DNA of 64,000 nucleotides from Deltaproteobacteria bacterium (GTDB lineage Bacteria; Myxococcota; Kuafuiibacteriia; Kuafuiibacteriales; Kuafuiibacteriaceae): NCBI GenBank assembly GCA_040218735.1, contig JAVJQW010000041.1, positions 160,001 to 224,000 of the forward strand, read 5' to 3'. Shown piece by piece: positions 17,676 to 27,188 of this stretch (position 1 is its first letter; each line of letters starts with the position of its first letter). The notes under the pieces were generated by a model. It saw only the letters and a program-made list of their open reading frames with translations, ran no database searches and was not told where the DNA came from. The position numbers and the translations under genes were made by a program.

Positions 17676-19232
17676 TCAGCGCCAGTCGCCGGTCACGTAC
17701 AGCGCCGACGCGCCGATCAGGAACCGGCCGTCGTCGCGCGCTTGGAGCGAAGTGATCGCCACGGTGTCGAGGACCTTCGGCAGGCAGATTCGTTCGAACG
17801 ACGCGCCCCCGGGTGCGATGCGGAACAGGTTGGGCGTCGCGGTGGCGATCCACAGCGCGCCCGACGGGTCCGCGGTGATCGCGGTGAAGATGATCGGCAT
17901 CTCGGCGTCGACGCGTTCGTCGGCGAAGAGCGCTTCTTCCAACCCGGAGGGGGCGGCGGTTGTGACCGAGCCTCCGCTGCGGTCCACGAACAACAGCTGT
18001 GCGTCGGCGCCGCCGATCACGGCGACGCGCGAGTCCGAGGCGGCGCCCGCCCACGTCGCGACGAAGCTCGTGCACAGCGGCTCACACCCCGCGTTGATCG
18101 ACGCTTCGTAGACCGTGCGCCACCCGCGGGACTCGAGCTCCCAGACCGAGCCCGCAAGGTCGGTTGCGATCGGTGGGGAGCTCGGCGAGGTCACGATCGA
18201 CGTGACACCGAACGAACGACCGAAGTCGTAGACGGTCCAGTCCGACGCGCCCTGTGGTCGACACCAGATCGCCGCGCGCCGGTCCGAGCCGAGCGCGCCG
18301 CCGAACGTGCACAGGTTCTCGGTGCCCTCGATCGTCACCGTCTTCACGCCGTAGAGGTAGCGCGGGAACGTGTCCGGGTTCGGCGGGGTGTCGTCGACGT
18401 ACGCGCGGCGCGCCGCGTTCCAGGTCAGCATCGCGCCGACCGTGCCGAAGCCACGGCCGGAGTAGTTCACGACGAGGTGGCGCGGCCAGATCTCTCCGTC
18501 GATGTCGACCTCCGGTCCGCCGAGCCCGAGCACCACCGCGCGTTCGCCGGTCTGGAGCGCGACGGTCCCGGTGCGCACCGCGCGTGCTTCGAGCTGCGTG
18601 CCGTTGGGCGGGACGAAGCCGAGGAAGATGGTGCTGGTGGAGGTGAAGCCGATGACGGTCGTGCCGTCGCTGAGCGTGGCCATCGAGGAGAGGGCGTCGA
18701 TCGGGAGCTGCGGGGTGGTGACGTCGAAGGGCGTGGTGGGTTCGCGGCACGGGCTCGCGATCGCGAGGTCGGAGATCAGCGTGCGCAGTCGTGCGTCGCG
18801 TTCCTCGGATCGTTCGCGGCTGACGCCGGGCCCCTCGATCGGCGCGAGCGGCGTGGGCGACTCCGCGGGGGAGGGCACGTCCATGACGTGGGGGTCGTAG
18901 AGCGGGGGGAGCGGTCGTGCGCCGTCGGCGTTGCTCGCGACGAGCATGAGGTCGAGCGGGGAGATGTTCGCGGGGAGGTCATCCGCCGAGAGGCCGGCGT
19001 ACATCATGTCGACGTCGGTGCCCGCGATGACCTCGGGTTTCAGCACGTCGATCGACGTGGTCGCGACGATGCGCACCGAGTTCGCGGCGAGCGCGCGTCC
19101 GGCGGGTGCGGTGCCGTAGATGACGAAGTCGGTGCCGACCGCGGGTCGGTCCAGCACGCCGGAGTCTTCTCCCGAGCACGCGGCCGAAGCGACGAGCAAC
19201 AGAACGAACGAGGTCTTGGCTGGCGACGGCAT
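17676..19232 (-). CDS. Hypothetical lipoprotein with probable C-terminal beta-propeller
   Basis: Lipobox LLLVASAAC; blade-like repeats (AITADPSGALWIAT, ITSLQARDDGRFLIG). Confidence 0.6.
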   Translation of the reverse strand: MPSPAKTSFVLLLVASAACSGEDSGVLDRPAVGTDFVIYGTAPAGRALAANSVRIVATTSIDVLKPEVIAGTDVDMMYAGLSADDLPANISPLDLMLVASNADGARPLPPLYDPHVMDVPSPAESPTPLAPIEGPGVSRERSEERDARLRTLISDLAIASPCREPTTPFDVTTPQLPIDALSSMATLSDGTTVIGFTSTSTIFLGFVPPNGTQLEARAVRTGTVALQTGERAVVLGLGGPEVDIDGEIWPRHLVVNYSGRGFGTVGAMLTWNAARRAYVDDTPPNPDTFPRYLYGVKTVTIEGTENLCTFGGALGSDRRAAIWCRPQGASDWTVYDFGRSFGVTSIVTSPSSPPIATDLAGSVWELESRGWRTVYEASINAGCEPLCTSFVATWAGAASDSRVAVIGGADAQLLFVDRSGGSVTTAAPSGLEEALFADERVDAEMPIIFTAITADPSGALWIATATPNLFRIAPGGASFERICLPKVLDTVAITSLQARDDGRFLIGASALYVTGDWR

Positions 19233-19578
19233 CCTCGGGGACAGGGTACCGAATCTGGGAGAAATGAGAGGCCCGGGAGACACGGCCCATCCGTGCCTCC
19301 CAGGGTCCCCAACCGCCGACGCACGGACCTGGGACGGGACTTGGGGTTTATCGAGTGTGCGCCGACTGTCGTGGTGGTCTAGAGCACGGTCGGTGCCAGG
19401 CGTGCCTCGACGCAGAGTCCTTGGATTTCGATGAGTTAACGGACGGGTGTCCGTTTTGGATCGAACGCCAACGTTGCGAGCGTTCGGTTCTTTACGGTTC
19501 GGCGATCGTCCGCGCGCGGGGTCGTGAATGCAAACCGGGGCTCATTTTGCGGTGAGCGATCTGCTATCGGGTCCCGCG

Positions 19579-21132
19579 ATGACCGAGGCCCGAGACAACG
19601 TCACCACCCTCGAGACCCTCCTCGCGAAAGCACGCGCGGGCGGCGGCGAGAAGCGGATCGAGAAGCAGCACGCGCAAGGGAAGCTCACCGCGCGCGAGCG
19701 CATCGAGATGTTCCTCGACCCGGGTTCGTTCATGGAGCTCGACGCGCTCCGCACGCACCGCTGCCAGGACTTCGGCATGGCCGACAAGAAGATCCCCGGT
19801 GACGGCGTCGTTACTGGGTATGGCAACGTCGACGGGCGTCAGGTCTTTGTGTTCGCGCAGGACTTCACCGTGTTCGGCGGCTCGTTGTCCGAAACGTACG
19901 CCGAGAAGATCTGCAAGGTGATGGACATGGCGATGCGCACCGGCGCGCCGGTGGTCGGCCTCAACGACTCCGGCGGTGCGCGCATCCAGGAGGGCGTCGC
20001 TTCGCTCGCGGGTTACGCGGACATCTTCCTTCGCAACACCCTCGCGTCGGGCGTCGTGCCGCAGATCTCTTTGGTGCTCGGTCCGTGCGCGGGCGGTGCG
20101 GTGTACTCGCCGGCGATCACCGACTTCATCATCATGGCGAAGGAGACGAGCTTCATGTTCGTCACCGGCCCGGACGTGATCAAAGCGGTCACGCACGAAG
20201 ACGTCACGAAGGACGACCTCGGCGGCGCGGTCCCGCACAACATGAAGAGCGGCGTCGCGCACTTCGCGGCGGACAACGAGGCGGCGGCGATCCAGACGGC
20301 GCGTGAGCTCATCTCGTTCCTTCCGTCCAACAACGCGGAGGACCCGCCGAAGATCGCGTCGGACGACGACCCGAACCGGCGCGACGAGAAGCTCGACACC
20401 GTCGTGCCGCCGGTCCCCGAGAAGCCGTACGACATGCGCGACATCGTGAAGGGCGTCGTGGACGACGGCTACTTCTTCGAGGTGCACCGCGACTTCGCGA
20501 AGAACATCGTGGTCGGCTTCGCGCGCCTCGGCGGTCGGTCGGTCGGTGTCGTCGGCAACAACCCGATGGTGCTGGCGGGCTGCCTCGACATCGACGCGTC
20601 GGTGAAGGCCGCGCGCTTCGTGCGGTTCTGCGACTGCTTCAACATCCCGATCGTCACGTTCGTCGACGTGCCGGGCTTCCTCCCCGGCACGAAGCAGGAG
20701 CACGGCGGCATCATCCGCCACGGCGCGAAGCTGTTGTTTGCATACGCAGAGGCGACGGTCCCGAAGATCACGCTCATCACGCGCAAGGCTTACGGCGGCG
20801 CCTACGACGTCATGGCGTCGAAGCACATCCGCGCGGACATCAACTTCGCGTACCCGACCGCGGAGATCGCGGTGATGGGCCCCGACGGCGCGGTGAACAT
20901 CATCTTCCGGAACGAGCTCGCGGAGGCGGCGGACCCGGTCGCGAAGAAGGCGGAGCTGGTCGCCGAGTACCGGAAGAAGTTCGCGAACCCCTTCAAGGCA
21001 GCGGAGCTCGGTTACATCGACGAGGTCATCTTCCCGCGCGACACGCGCCCGAAGCTGATCCGTGCGCTGACGATGTTGAAGAACAAGCGCCAGACGAACC
21101 CGCCGAAGAAGCATGGGAATATCCCGCTGTAA
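19579..21132 (+). CDS. pccB: Acyl-CoA (propionyl-CoA) carboxylase carboxyltransferase beta subunit
   Basis: [55 protein letters not shown]. Confidence 0.93.
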   Translation: MTEARDNVTTLETLLAKARAGGGEKRIEKQHAQGKLTARERIEMFLDPGSFMELDALRTHRCQDFGMADKKIPGDGVVTGYGNVDGRQVFVFAQDFTVFGGSLSETYAEKICKVMDMAMRTGAPVVGLNDSGGARIQEGVASLAGYADIFLRNTLASGVVPQISLVLGPCAGGAVYSPAITDFIIMAKETSFMFVTGPDVIKAVTHEDVTKDDLGGAVPHNMKSGVAHFAADNEAAAIQTARELISFLPSNNAEDPPKIASDDDPNRRDEKLDTVVPPVPEKPYDMRDIVKGVVDDGYFFEVHRDFAKNIVVGFARLGGRSVGVVGNNPMVLAGCLDIDASVKAARFVRFCDCFNIPIVTFVDVPGFLPGTKQEHGGIIRHGAKLLFAYAEATVPKITLITRKAYGGAYDVMASKHIRADINFAYPTAEIAVMGPDGAVNIIFRNELAEAADPVAKKAELVAEYRKKFANPFKAAELGYIDEVIFPRDTRPKLIRALTMLKNKRQTNPPKKHGNIPL

Positions 21133-21339
21133 CCGACGGCGACGCAGTCAGCCGTCCCCTTGCCCATGAACTTGCCCTCGCCCCTGCCCTCACCAACGAA
21201 GGTATAGGCGCCGCGGAGTAAGCCCGCGAGCCGAGATCAAACTGCCCCGAATCCGTCCCGGTGCCACCGTCCCCTGTGCACTCCGGCGACCCGCCCCCCT
21301 CCATCCCGCTTGGATCGCCGGTTGCTCTTGCACCGTTCG

Positions 21340-24300
21340 ATGGCCCCCCGCGTTCCGCCCAGGTCCCCGCCCCGCCCCGCGCCGAAGCGCAAGGCGCGCA
21401 GCCCGGTGAAGAAGAAGGTCACGCCGCAGAAGAAGCGCGCGCCCAAGGCGACGTCGGGGAAGCGAACGTCGAAGCTGGGGGCGGCGAAGAAGAAGCGCAC
21501 GCCGACGGCGAACCGTCAGCGCGCGGGAGGCGTGAACGGGGCGGCGAGGTCGAAGCGCGGTGGTGCCGGCGGCGTCGGCGCGACCGCAGCCCAACGCGCA
21601 AGGCCGGCTACGGGCGTGAATCCACCGAACGGCGTGGCCGCGCACCGCGCGAACGCTATGCGCGGCGCAGGCGCCGCGGTCGGAGCGAACACTGCGAACG
21701 TCGCGGCGGGGAGGAACGCAGCGACGCGGGTCAACGCGGCGACGGGCGTCAACGCGGCGACGGGCGTCAACGCGGTGACCGGCGTGAACACGGCGAATGC
21801 AGTCCTCGGCGCGAATGAGACGACCGCACGTACCGGCGAGAACGCCGGCAACGGCGCGAGCCGCGGTAACGGAGCCAAGGACACGAACACAGCCGACGGA
21901 GCCCACGGCAAGAACGGCGGCAACGGCGCGACCGGCGGCAACGACGCCAACGCCCGGAACAGCGTGAACGCCGGCAACGCCGCGAACGGCGCGAACGGAG
22001 CGAACGGCGCGAACGGCGCGAACGGCGCGAACGGCGCGAACGGAGCGAACGGAGCGAACGGAGCGAACGGAGCCAACGGCGCGAACGGCGCGAACGGCGC
22101 GAACGGCGCGAACGGCGCGAACGGCGCGAACGGAGCCAACGGCGCGAACGGCGCGAACGGCGCGAACGGCGCGAACGGAGCCAACGGCGCGAACGGAGCC
22201 AACGGCGCGAACGGAGCCAACGCCGCGAACGATAAGAACGCCGGCAACGGCACGAACGCCCCCCAAGACATCCCCGAGCGCGATCGCCCCGAGCCCGTCG
22301 GCGACGGCTTCGTCCCCAACCGCGAGGCGCGCGATCGCATGCGCGGCGTGGTCGACCAGCTCGTCGAGCGCGGCGAGGGCCTCGGCATGGACACCAAGCG
22401 CTTCTCCGCCGCGGCGAACGACTTCTTCGACAACCCGACGCCCGAGGGCTGGGACAAGTTCCGGACCGAGTTCGACGAGCTGCAGGGCATCGGCCCGCGC
22501 AGCGACGCGGCGCGCGCCGAGCGCGAAAAGAAGGAGGCCGCAGAGCGCGAGCAGTCACGCCTGCGCCGCGACGACGACCGGCAGACCGCCGACCGCCTCC
22601 GCGACGGCACCCTGACCGGCGAGCAGTTCGTCGATCGGCTGGGCGGCGACGACCAGGTCTTCGACCGCTTCCGCGAAGGCGAGCTGAACTACAAAGACCT
22701 CGAGCGCGCCTACGGCGACAACGGCCGCGCGCTCGACAAGGCCCGCGAGATCGGTGGTCGCGACCTCCACGACGAGGTCTACAAACAAATGACCACCGAC
22801 GTCGTGCAGCGCTACCAAGGCACGCGCAACCTCGACCAAGACGTCGGCTACGCGCGCACCGGCGAAGCCGCGCAGGAGAAGCTCGACGCCGCCGCGAAGC
22901 AGTACGGCTTGAGCCCGGCCGAGAAGGAGGGCGTCGCAAAACGCGCGGGCCGAACGATGGACGAGCGGCGCCGCTACACCGACGCGCACGAGCTCGTCGA
23001 GGGGGCGTCCCGCGAGCAGCGACACGCCGCCGATCTGCGCGACGTCAACCAAGCCGCCGCGCGCCTCGACCCGGACAAGACCGAGAACTTCGACGCGATC
23101 CGCGCCACCGATCAGCGACAACAGGACCTCTACGACCAAGTGCGCAACGCGGAGAGCCTCACGCCCGCCGACGTGGACCGCCTCGGGCGCGAGTACGACG
23201 AAGCGCAGAAGCAGTACCTCGCGGACACGTACGGCGCCGACGGGCCCGCGTTCGGTGAGGGCGCGGACGGACGCGCGGTGAACGACTATCTGAGCAAACC
23301 GGGCTCCGCGATCGTCGACGAGGCGATCCTCCGCCGTGCCGAACACCGAAACCGCGCCGGCCTCCAACGCGGGGAGCTCCCGCGCCGCGACAACGTCAAC
23401 GCCATGTTCGGGCGCGCCGCGAACAACCCGGACGCCGACCTTCGCGACCTCCAGATCGGGCACCCCGCGAACCCGGAGCACAAGAAGGAGGACTGGCACC
23501 GCACCGAGCTGAAGAACCACGACCTCACCGGGCGCGACCTCACGGGCTCCGACCTTCGCAACACGCGGCTGTCGCGAATGAACCTCCAGGACGTGAAACT
23601 GACCGGTGCCGATCTCACGGGCGCGAAGCTCGACCGCACCAACCTCGGCGGCGTGGACCTGACGACCGTGCGAGGTCTGAAGCAGGCCGACCTGAAGGGC
23701 GCGTACTACGACGGTCAGACCCGCTTCCCGCACGGCTTCGATCCAAAGGCGGCGGGGATGATGCGCATGGTGACGCCGAAGGACGACTTCGCGACGCACC
23801 AGCAGCACACCGCCGAGATGTTCCGCCCGCAGCTCAACGCGCGGACGCTCCAGGAGGCCGGCCACTTCCCGAACCCGCTCTTCGGTGACCAGGGGCAGCC
23901 GCTCACTGTCGGGCGCGACACGTTCTTCGACAACCGCCAGCAGGATCTACGCAACACCGTTCGCGATCAGGCGTCGGCCGAGCGGAAGCTCCTCGAGGAA
24001 CACGGCGGATGGGCGGGCGCGCAGCGGCACGTCGATGGTCTCGCGAACCGCGCGGCGCGCGATGTCCTCACCGCGCGTGGCCTCGACCCGAACGATCCCG
24101 AGAACGCGGAAGCGCTGCGCACGGAGCAGACGAAGGCGCGCGAGAACGTCTCGCAGATGCTGCTCCCGATGCACGGCGAGGCCGCGCAGCGCGCGCGCGA
24201 AGCCGGCCTCGAAGGGAAGGCGTTCGACGACGCGCTCGGGAAGAACTTCTCGGACATCGAGAAGGAGCGGTGGCGCGCCGCGGGCGGCGGCGACGGACTG

Positions 24301-27117
24301 AACCAGGCGGAGATCGATCGCTACTACGCGGGCCTCCCGCAGGACCGTCTCGCCGCCGAGGCCGCAAACGCTTGGGACGACGAGCTGACCCCCGAACAGC
24401 GCGAAGCCACGATGGGTCGGATGATCGGGGAACGCGCCGACCTCGCGCAGGGCGTCCTCAACGGGTTCCGCGACACGCAGCGTGCGATCTCGGGGACCCG
24501 AACTTCGCTGCACGAGAACGCGTCGCTCGCGTACGCGCTCGGTGGTGACTACCGCGACGTACGGACGGCGGAGAAGGACAACGCGCTCTACAGTCGCGTC
24601 TCCGACAGCCTCGATCACGGCCGCGAGGCGCTCGACCAGATCCGCGACCGCGCGACGAACGGCAACGCCGCGTACGCGGACGCGATGTTCCGCGACATGA
24701 TCTCCGGCGAGGGCGCGAAGGGACCCTACCGCCCGTTCGATCACACGCAGCAGGCGCTGAAGCGCTACGCCGAGGACGTGCGGCCGAGCTTCGAGGACCT
24801 TCAGAACGCGGCGCTCCGCGGCGGCGTCGGTCACATCGCCGGCATGGCCGAGACGGCGGCCGAGAACCCGGGCACGACGGCCGGGCTCGCGGCGGTCACG
24901 GCCGCGGGTCTGTACTTCGCGCCGGAGGTCGCGCTCCCGGTGCTGTTCGCGGTGGGGGCGAAGTCTGCCTACGACAACGTCCGGCAGGGCATGGACCTGT
25001 ACCAACAGGGCATGAAGAACAACAACATGAACCAGATCCTCGCGGGCGCCGGTCACTTCGGTGCGGCGGGGGTCGACACGGCGTTCCTCGCCGCCGACGG
25101 CGCAGCGACGCTCAACGCGTTCAAGTCGATGCAGGCGGTGCGCGGCGCGAAGGGGCTGTCGGTCGGGCAGTACGCGAAGTACCAGCTCGCGGAGCGCTCC
25201 GCGAACCTCGCGCGGACGGCGCGGAACGCGCGCAACTGGGTCATGCGGCGGCCACAGATCGAAGCGCCGCCGCCCGGTGCGCAGAACGTGGCGCCGCCGC
25301 GTGACGTGGCCGGCGCGCCGGACGTCACCGCGCCGCGGGATGGTCCGCTGCCGGGCTCGCGTGAGCACAACGCGCTCACCGAGCAGCTCCAGACGAAGCA
25401 GACACGGCTCGATCGCATGCGTCGTGGCCTCGCGCAGCGCGAAGCCGCGGGGGGCCCGCTCCCCGGCGGTCGCGGTCACGGCATCGACGGCCTCCCGTCG
25501 AACGCGACGCCCGAGCAGGCGCGCGCGGCGGTGAAGAAACTCGAAGCGGAGATCGCGGATCTGCAGGGGCAGGTCGGCAAGATCGAAGGGGGCTACCTGA
25601 AGGAGCGTCAGCAGCTCGAAGGTCTGATGGAGCAGGGCTACCACGGGCGCAAACCGGCGTACGAACACGCGACACACCACGACCCGAGTCACCCCGACTT
25701 CCGCGGGCGCGGCAGCCTCACCACGCCGATCCCCGCCGACGCGGCGCAGGTGTATCGCAACGCGGTCCCCGATCCGTCGGCGAACGGACGAACGTGGTGG
25801 GGGCGGGGCGAGAACGGCGATCTCTACCGCTTCCAGTCCACGCCCGACGGCAAACACATGCACTGGAACGGCGCGACCGGGAAGGCCGGCGGCGACCGTG
25901 CGATCGCGATGGACAACGTCCCGGGTTACGTACGCCAGCGGCTCGGTCTCGGCGAGACGACACCGAGCCCCGCAGACGCTCGTGCGCTCCAAGCCGCGCG
26001 CACGCAGCTGCGCGCGACCGAGGATGCGATCGACGGTGCGCGCGCGCAGGGCGGCTACGCCGGTACCGCGAAGGGCACGCTCCCGGACGAGCCCCGGCTG
26101 ATGCTCGATGAGATGACGCAGATGTGGGACGGCCGCATGCCGAAGCTCGACAGCAAGACCGCGGAGGCGCTGCGCAACCTCGAGCCGAACCGGCGCGTTC
26201 AGGTGGACATGGGGAACGGTCCGGAGTGGACGACGGTCGACGACGCGATTCGACGGGCGTACGAGGATCCGAACGTCGGCTCGATGCGCGTCAACCAGGT
26301 CGAGCCGCGCGCGTCGTCGCTCGTGAGCGACAAGGCGGTCCGCGACAAGTTCCCGAACAACTGGCTCGCCGAGATGCCCGCGTCGGAGGCGAACAAACTC
26401 CACGAGGCTGTGGTCACCTTCGACTCGGGCGAACGTGCGGCGGTGTCCGGCAGTCGTCAGATGCTCGAAGAGATCGCGTCGTCCCCGAACGTGCGCACGG
26501 TCGACAGCGGCTACGGCGCTGCGGGGTGGACGCGGCCGCTCTCCGAGATCCCGCTCGAGCAGCGCGTGATGGGCTACGACGCGGTCGGCGCGCGGATGGA
26601 TCAGCTCGGCGACGCGTTCCGGGGCAAGCCCTCCGACGTCACCGGGCTCCCCGTCCGCCACGGGACGGTCGAAGGGCTCGCCGACAGCGTTCGGGGAGGA
26701 CCGCAGGACGTCGGCAAGGGCTTCGGCGGACCGGGCCTCTACCTGTTCGGCGCAGACGACGCCCACCTCGCGCGCAACTACGCCGAGTTCGCGCGCGACG
26801 CGGCCGGCGCACGCGCGAGGGAGGTGGGCGCCGCGAACGTCGACCCGACGCCGACGGTGCTCGAAGGCCAGATCGCGAACGACCCGAACTTGCGCGTCGG
26901 TCGATTCACGCTGAAGCGCGACGGCGCGCCGGACTTCGCCAACGGCGTGCTCCCTGCGAACTGGGCCGACGATCCGCTCCTCGTCCAGGCGATGCTCGGG
27001 AAGTTCGACGTCCTCGACGTCCGAGGCGCCAAGGCCGCGGGCCTCAACCTCGACACGGACCGTTTCTTCGTCGTGCACGGCAGCGCGGGGCCGCGATCGG
27101 TGCTCTTCGATCCGTGA
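21340..27117 (+). CDS. Giant multi-domain putative toxin/effector (~1925 aa)
   Basis: Long ORF with coding-type codon bias. Lys/Arg-rich N-terminus, (ANG)26, pentapeptide repeats (~23509-23746), hydrophobic segments (~24871-25122), toxin-like domain (~25651-25953), HGT/GxGLY/YA ART-like domain (~26650-27117). Confidence 0.75.
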   Translation: MAPRVPPRSPPRPAPKRKARSPVKKKVTPQKKRAPKATSGKRTSKLGAAKKKRTPTANRQRAGGVNGAARSKRGGAGGVGATAAQRARPATGVNPPNGVAAHRANAMRGAGAAVGANTANVAAGRNAATRVNAATGVNAATGVNAVTGVNTANAVLGANETTARTGENAGNGASRGNGAKDTNTADGAHGKNGGNGATGGNDANARNSVNAGNAANGANGANGANGANGANGANGANGANGANGANGANGANGANGANGANGANGANGANGANGANGANGANGANGANGANGANAANDKNAGNGTNAPQDIPERDRPEPVGDGFVPNREARDRMRGVVDQLVERGEGLGMDTKRFSAAANDFFDNPTPEGWDKFRTEFDELQGIGPRSDAARAEREKKEAAEREQSRLRRDDDRQTADRLRDGTLTGEQFVDRLGGDDQVFDRFREGELNYKDLERAYGDNGRALDKAREIGGRDLHDEVYKQMTTDVVQRYQGTRNLDQDVGYARTGEAAQEKLDAAAKQYGLSPAEKEGVAKRAGRTMDERRRYTDAHELVEGASREQRHAADLRDVNQAAARLDPDKTENFDAIRATDQRQQDLYDQVRNAESLTPADVDRLGREYDEAQKQYLADTYGADGPAFGEGADGRAVNDYLSKPGSAIVDEAILRRAEHRNRAGLQRGELPRRDNVNAMFGRAANNPDADLRDLQIGHPANPEHKKEDWHRTELKNHDLTGRDLTGSDLRNTRLSRMNLQDVKLTGADLTGAKLDRTNLGGVDLTTVRGLKQADLKGAYYDGQTRFPHGFDPKAAGMMRMVTPKDDFATHQQHTAEMFRPQLNARTLQEAGHFPNPLFGDQGQPLTVGRDTFFDNRQQDLRNTVRDQASAERKLLEEHGGWAGAQRHVDGLANRAARDVLTARGLDPNDPENAEALRTEQTKARENVSQMLLPMHGEAAQRAREAGLEGKAFDDALGKNFSDIEKERWRAAGGGDGLNQAEIDRYYAGLPQDRLAAEAANAWDDELTPEQREATMGRMIGERADLAQGVLNGFRDTQRAISGTRTSLHENASLAYALGGDYRDVRTAEKDNALYSRVSDSLDHGREALDQIRDRATNGNAAYADAMFRDMISGEGAKGPYRPFDHTQQALKRYAEDVRPSFEDLQNAALRGGVGHIAGMAETAAENPGTTAGLAAVTAAGLYFAPEVALPVLFAVGAKSAYDNVRQGMDLYQQGMKNNNMNQILAGAGHFGAAGVDTAFLAADGAATLNAFKSMQAVRGAKGLSVGQYAKYQLAERSANLARTARNARNWVMRRPQIEAPPPGAQNVAPPRDVAGAPDVTAPRDGPLPGSREHNALTEQLQTKQTRLDRMRRGLAQREAAGGPLPGGRGHGIDGLPSNATPEQARAAVKKLEAEIADLQGQVGKIEGGYLKERQQLEGLMEQGYHGRKPAYEHATHHDPSHPDFRGRGSLTTPIPADAAQVYRNAVPDPSANGRTWWGRGENGDLYRFQSTPDGKHMHWNGATGKAGGDRAIAMDNVPGYVRQRLGLGETTPSPADARALQAARTQLRATEDAIDGARAQGGYAGTAKGTLPDEPRLMLDEMTQMWDGRMPKLDSKTAEALRNLEPNRRVQVDMGNGPEWTTVDDAIRRAYEDPNVGSMRVNQVEPRASSLVSDKAVRDKFPNNWLAEMPASEANKLHEAVVTFDSGERAAVSGSRQMLEEIASSPNVRTVDSGYGAAGWTRPLSEIPLEQRVMGYDAVGARMDQLGDAFRGKPSDVTGLPVRHGTVEGLADSVRGGPQDVGKGFGGPGLYLFGADDAHLARNYAEFARDAAGARAREVGAANVDPTPTVLEGQIANDPNLRVGRFTLKRDGAPDFANGVLPANWADDPLLVQAMLGKFDVLDVRGAKAAGLNLDTDRFFVVHGSAGPRSVLFDP
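21982..22215 (+). repeat. 9-bp tandem repeat GC(G/C)AACGG(C/A) x26 encoding (Ala-Asn-Gly)n
   Basis: Read directly; preceded by 18-bp VNAATG repeats at ~21730-21790. Confidence 0.95.
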
Positions 27118-27188
27118 GCGTCGGGCTCGATGCCGTGCGTCCCGAGTGACGATTGGCGTTCGGAGCGCGGCCATAGGACCCTCGCGCC

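Noticed and set aside
21135-21156. GACGGC...GCCGTC hairpin after pccB as a terminator
   Set aside because: No U-tract; cannot be supported as an intrinsic terminator.
21982-22215. Tandem repeat as possible CRISPR array or antisense (APF)n/(VRA)n protein
   Set aside because: No spacers and no cas genes; variation is confined to third codon positions of the ANG frame.
26190-26520. AYEDPNV/IASSPNVRTV segments resembling a subtilisin I9 propeptide within the giant protein
   Set aside because: Similarity too short to call, and no subtilase domain is present.
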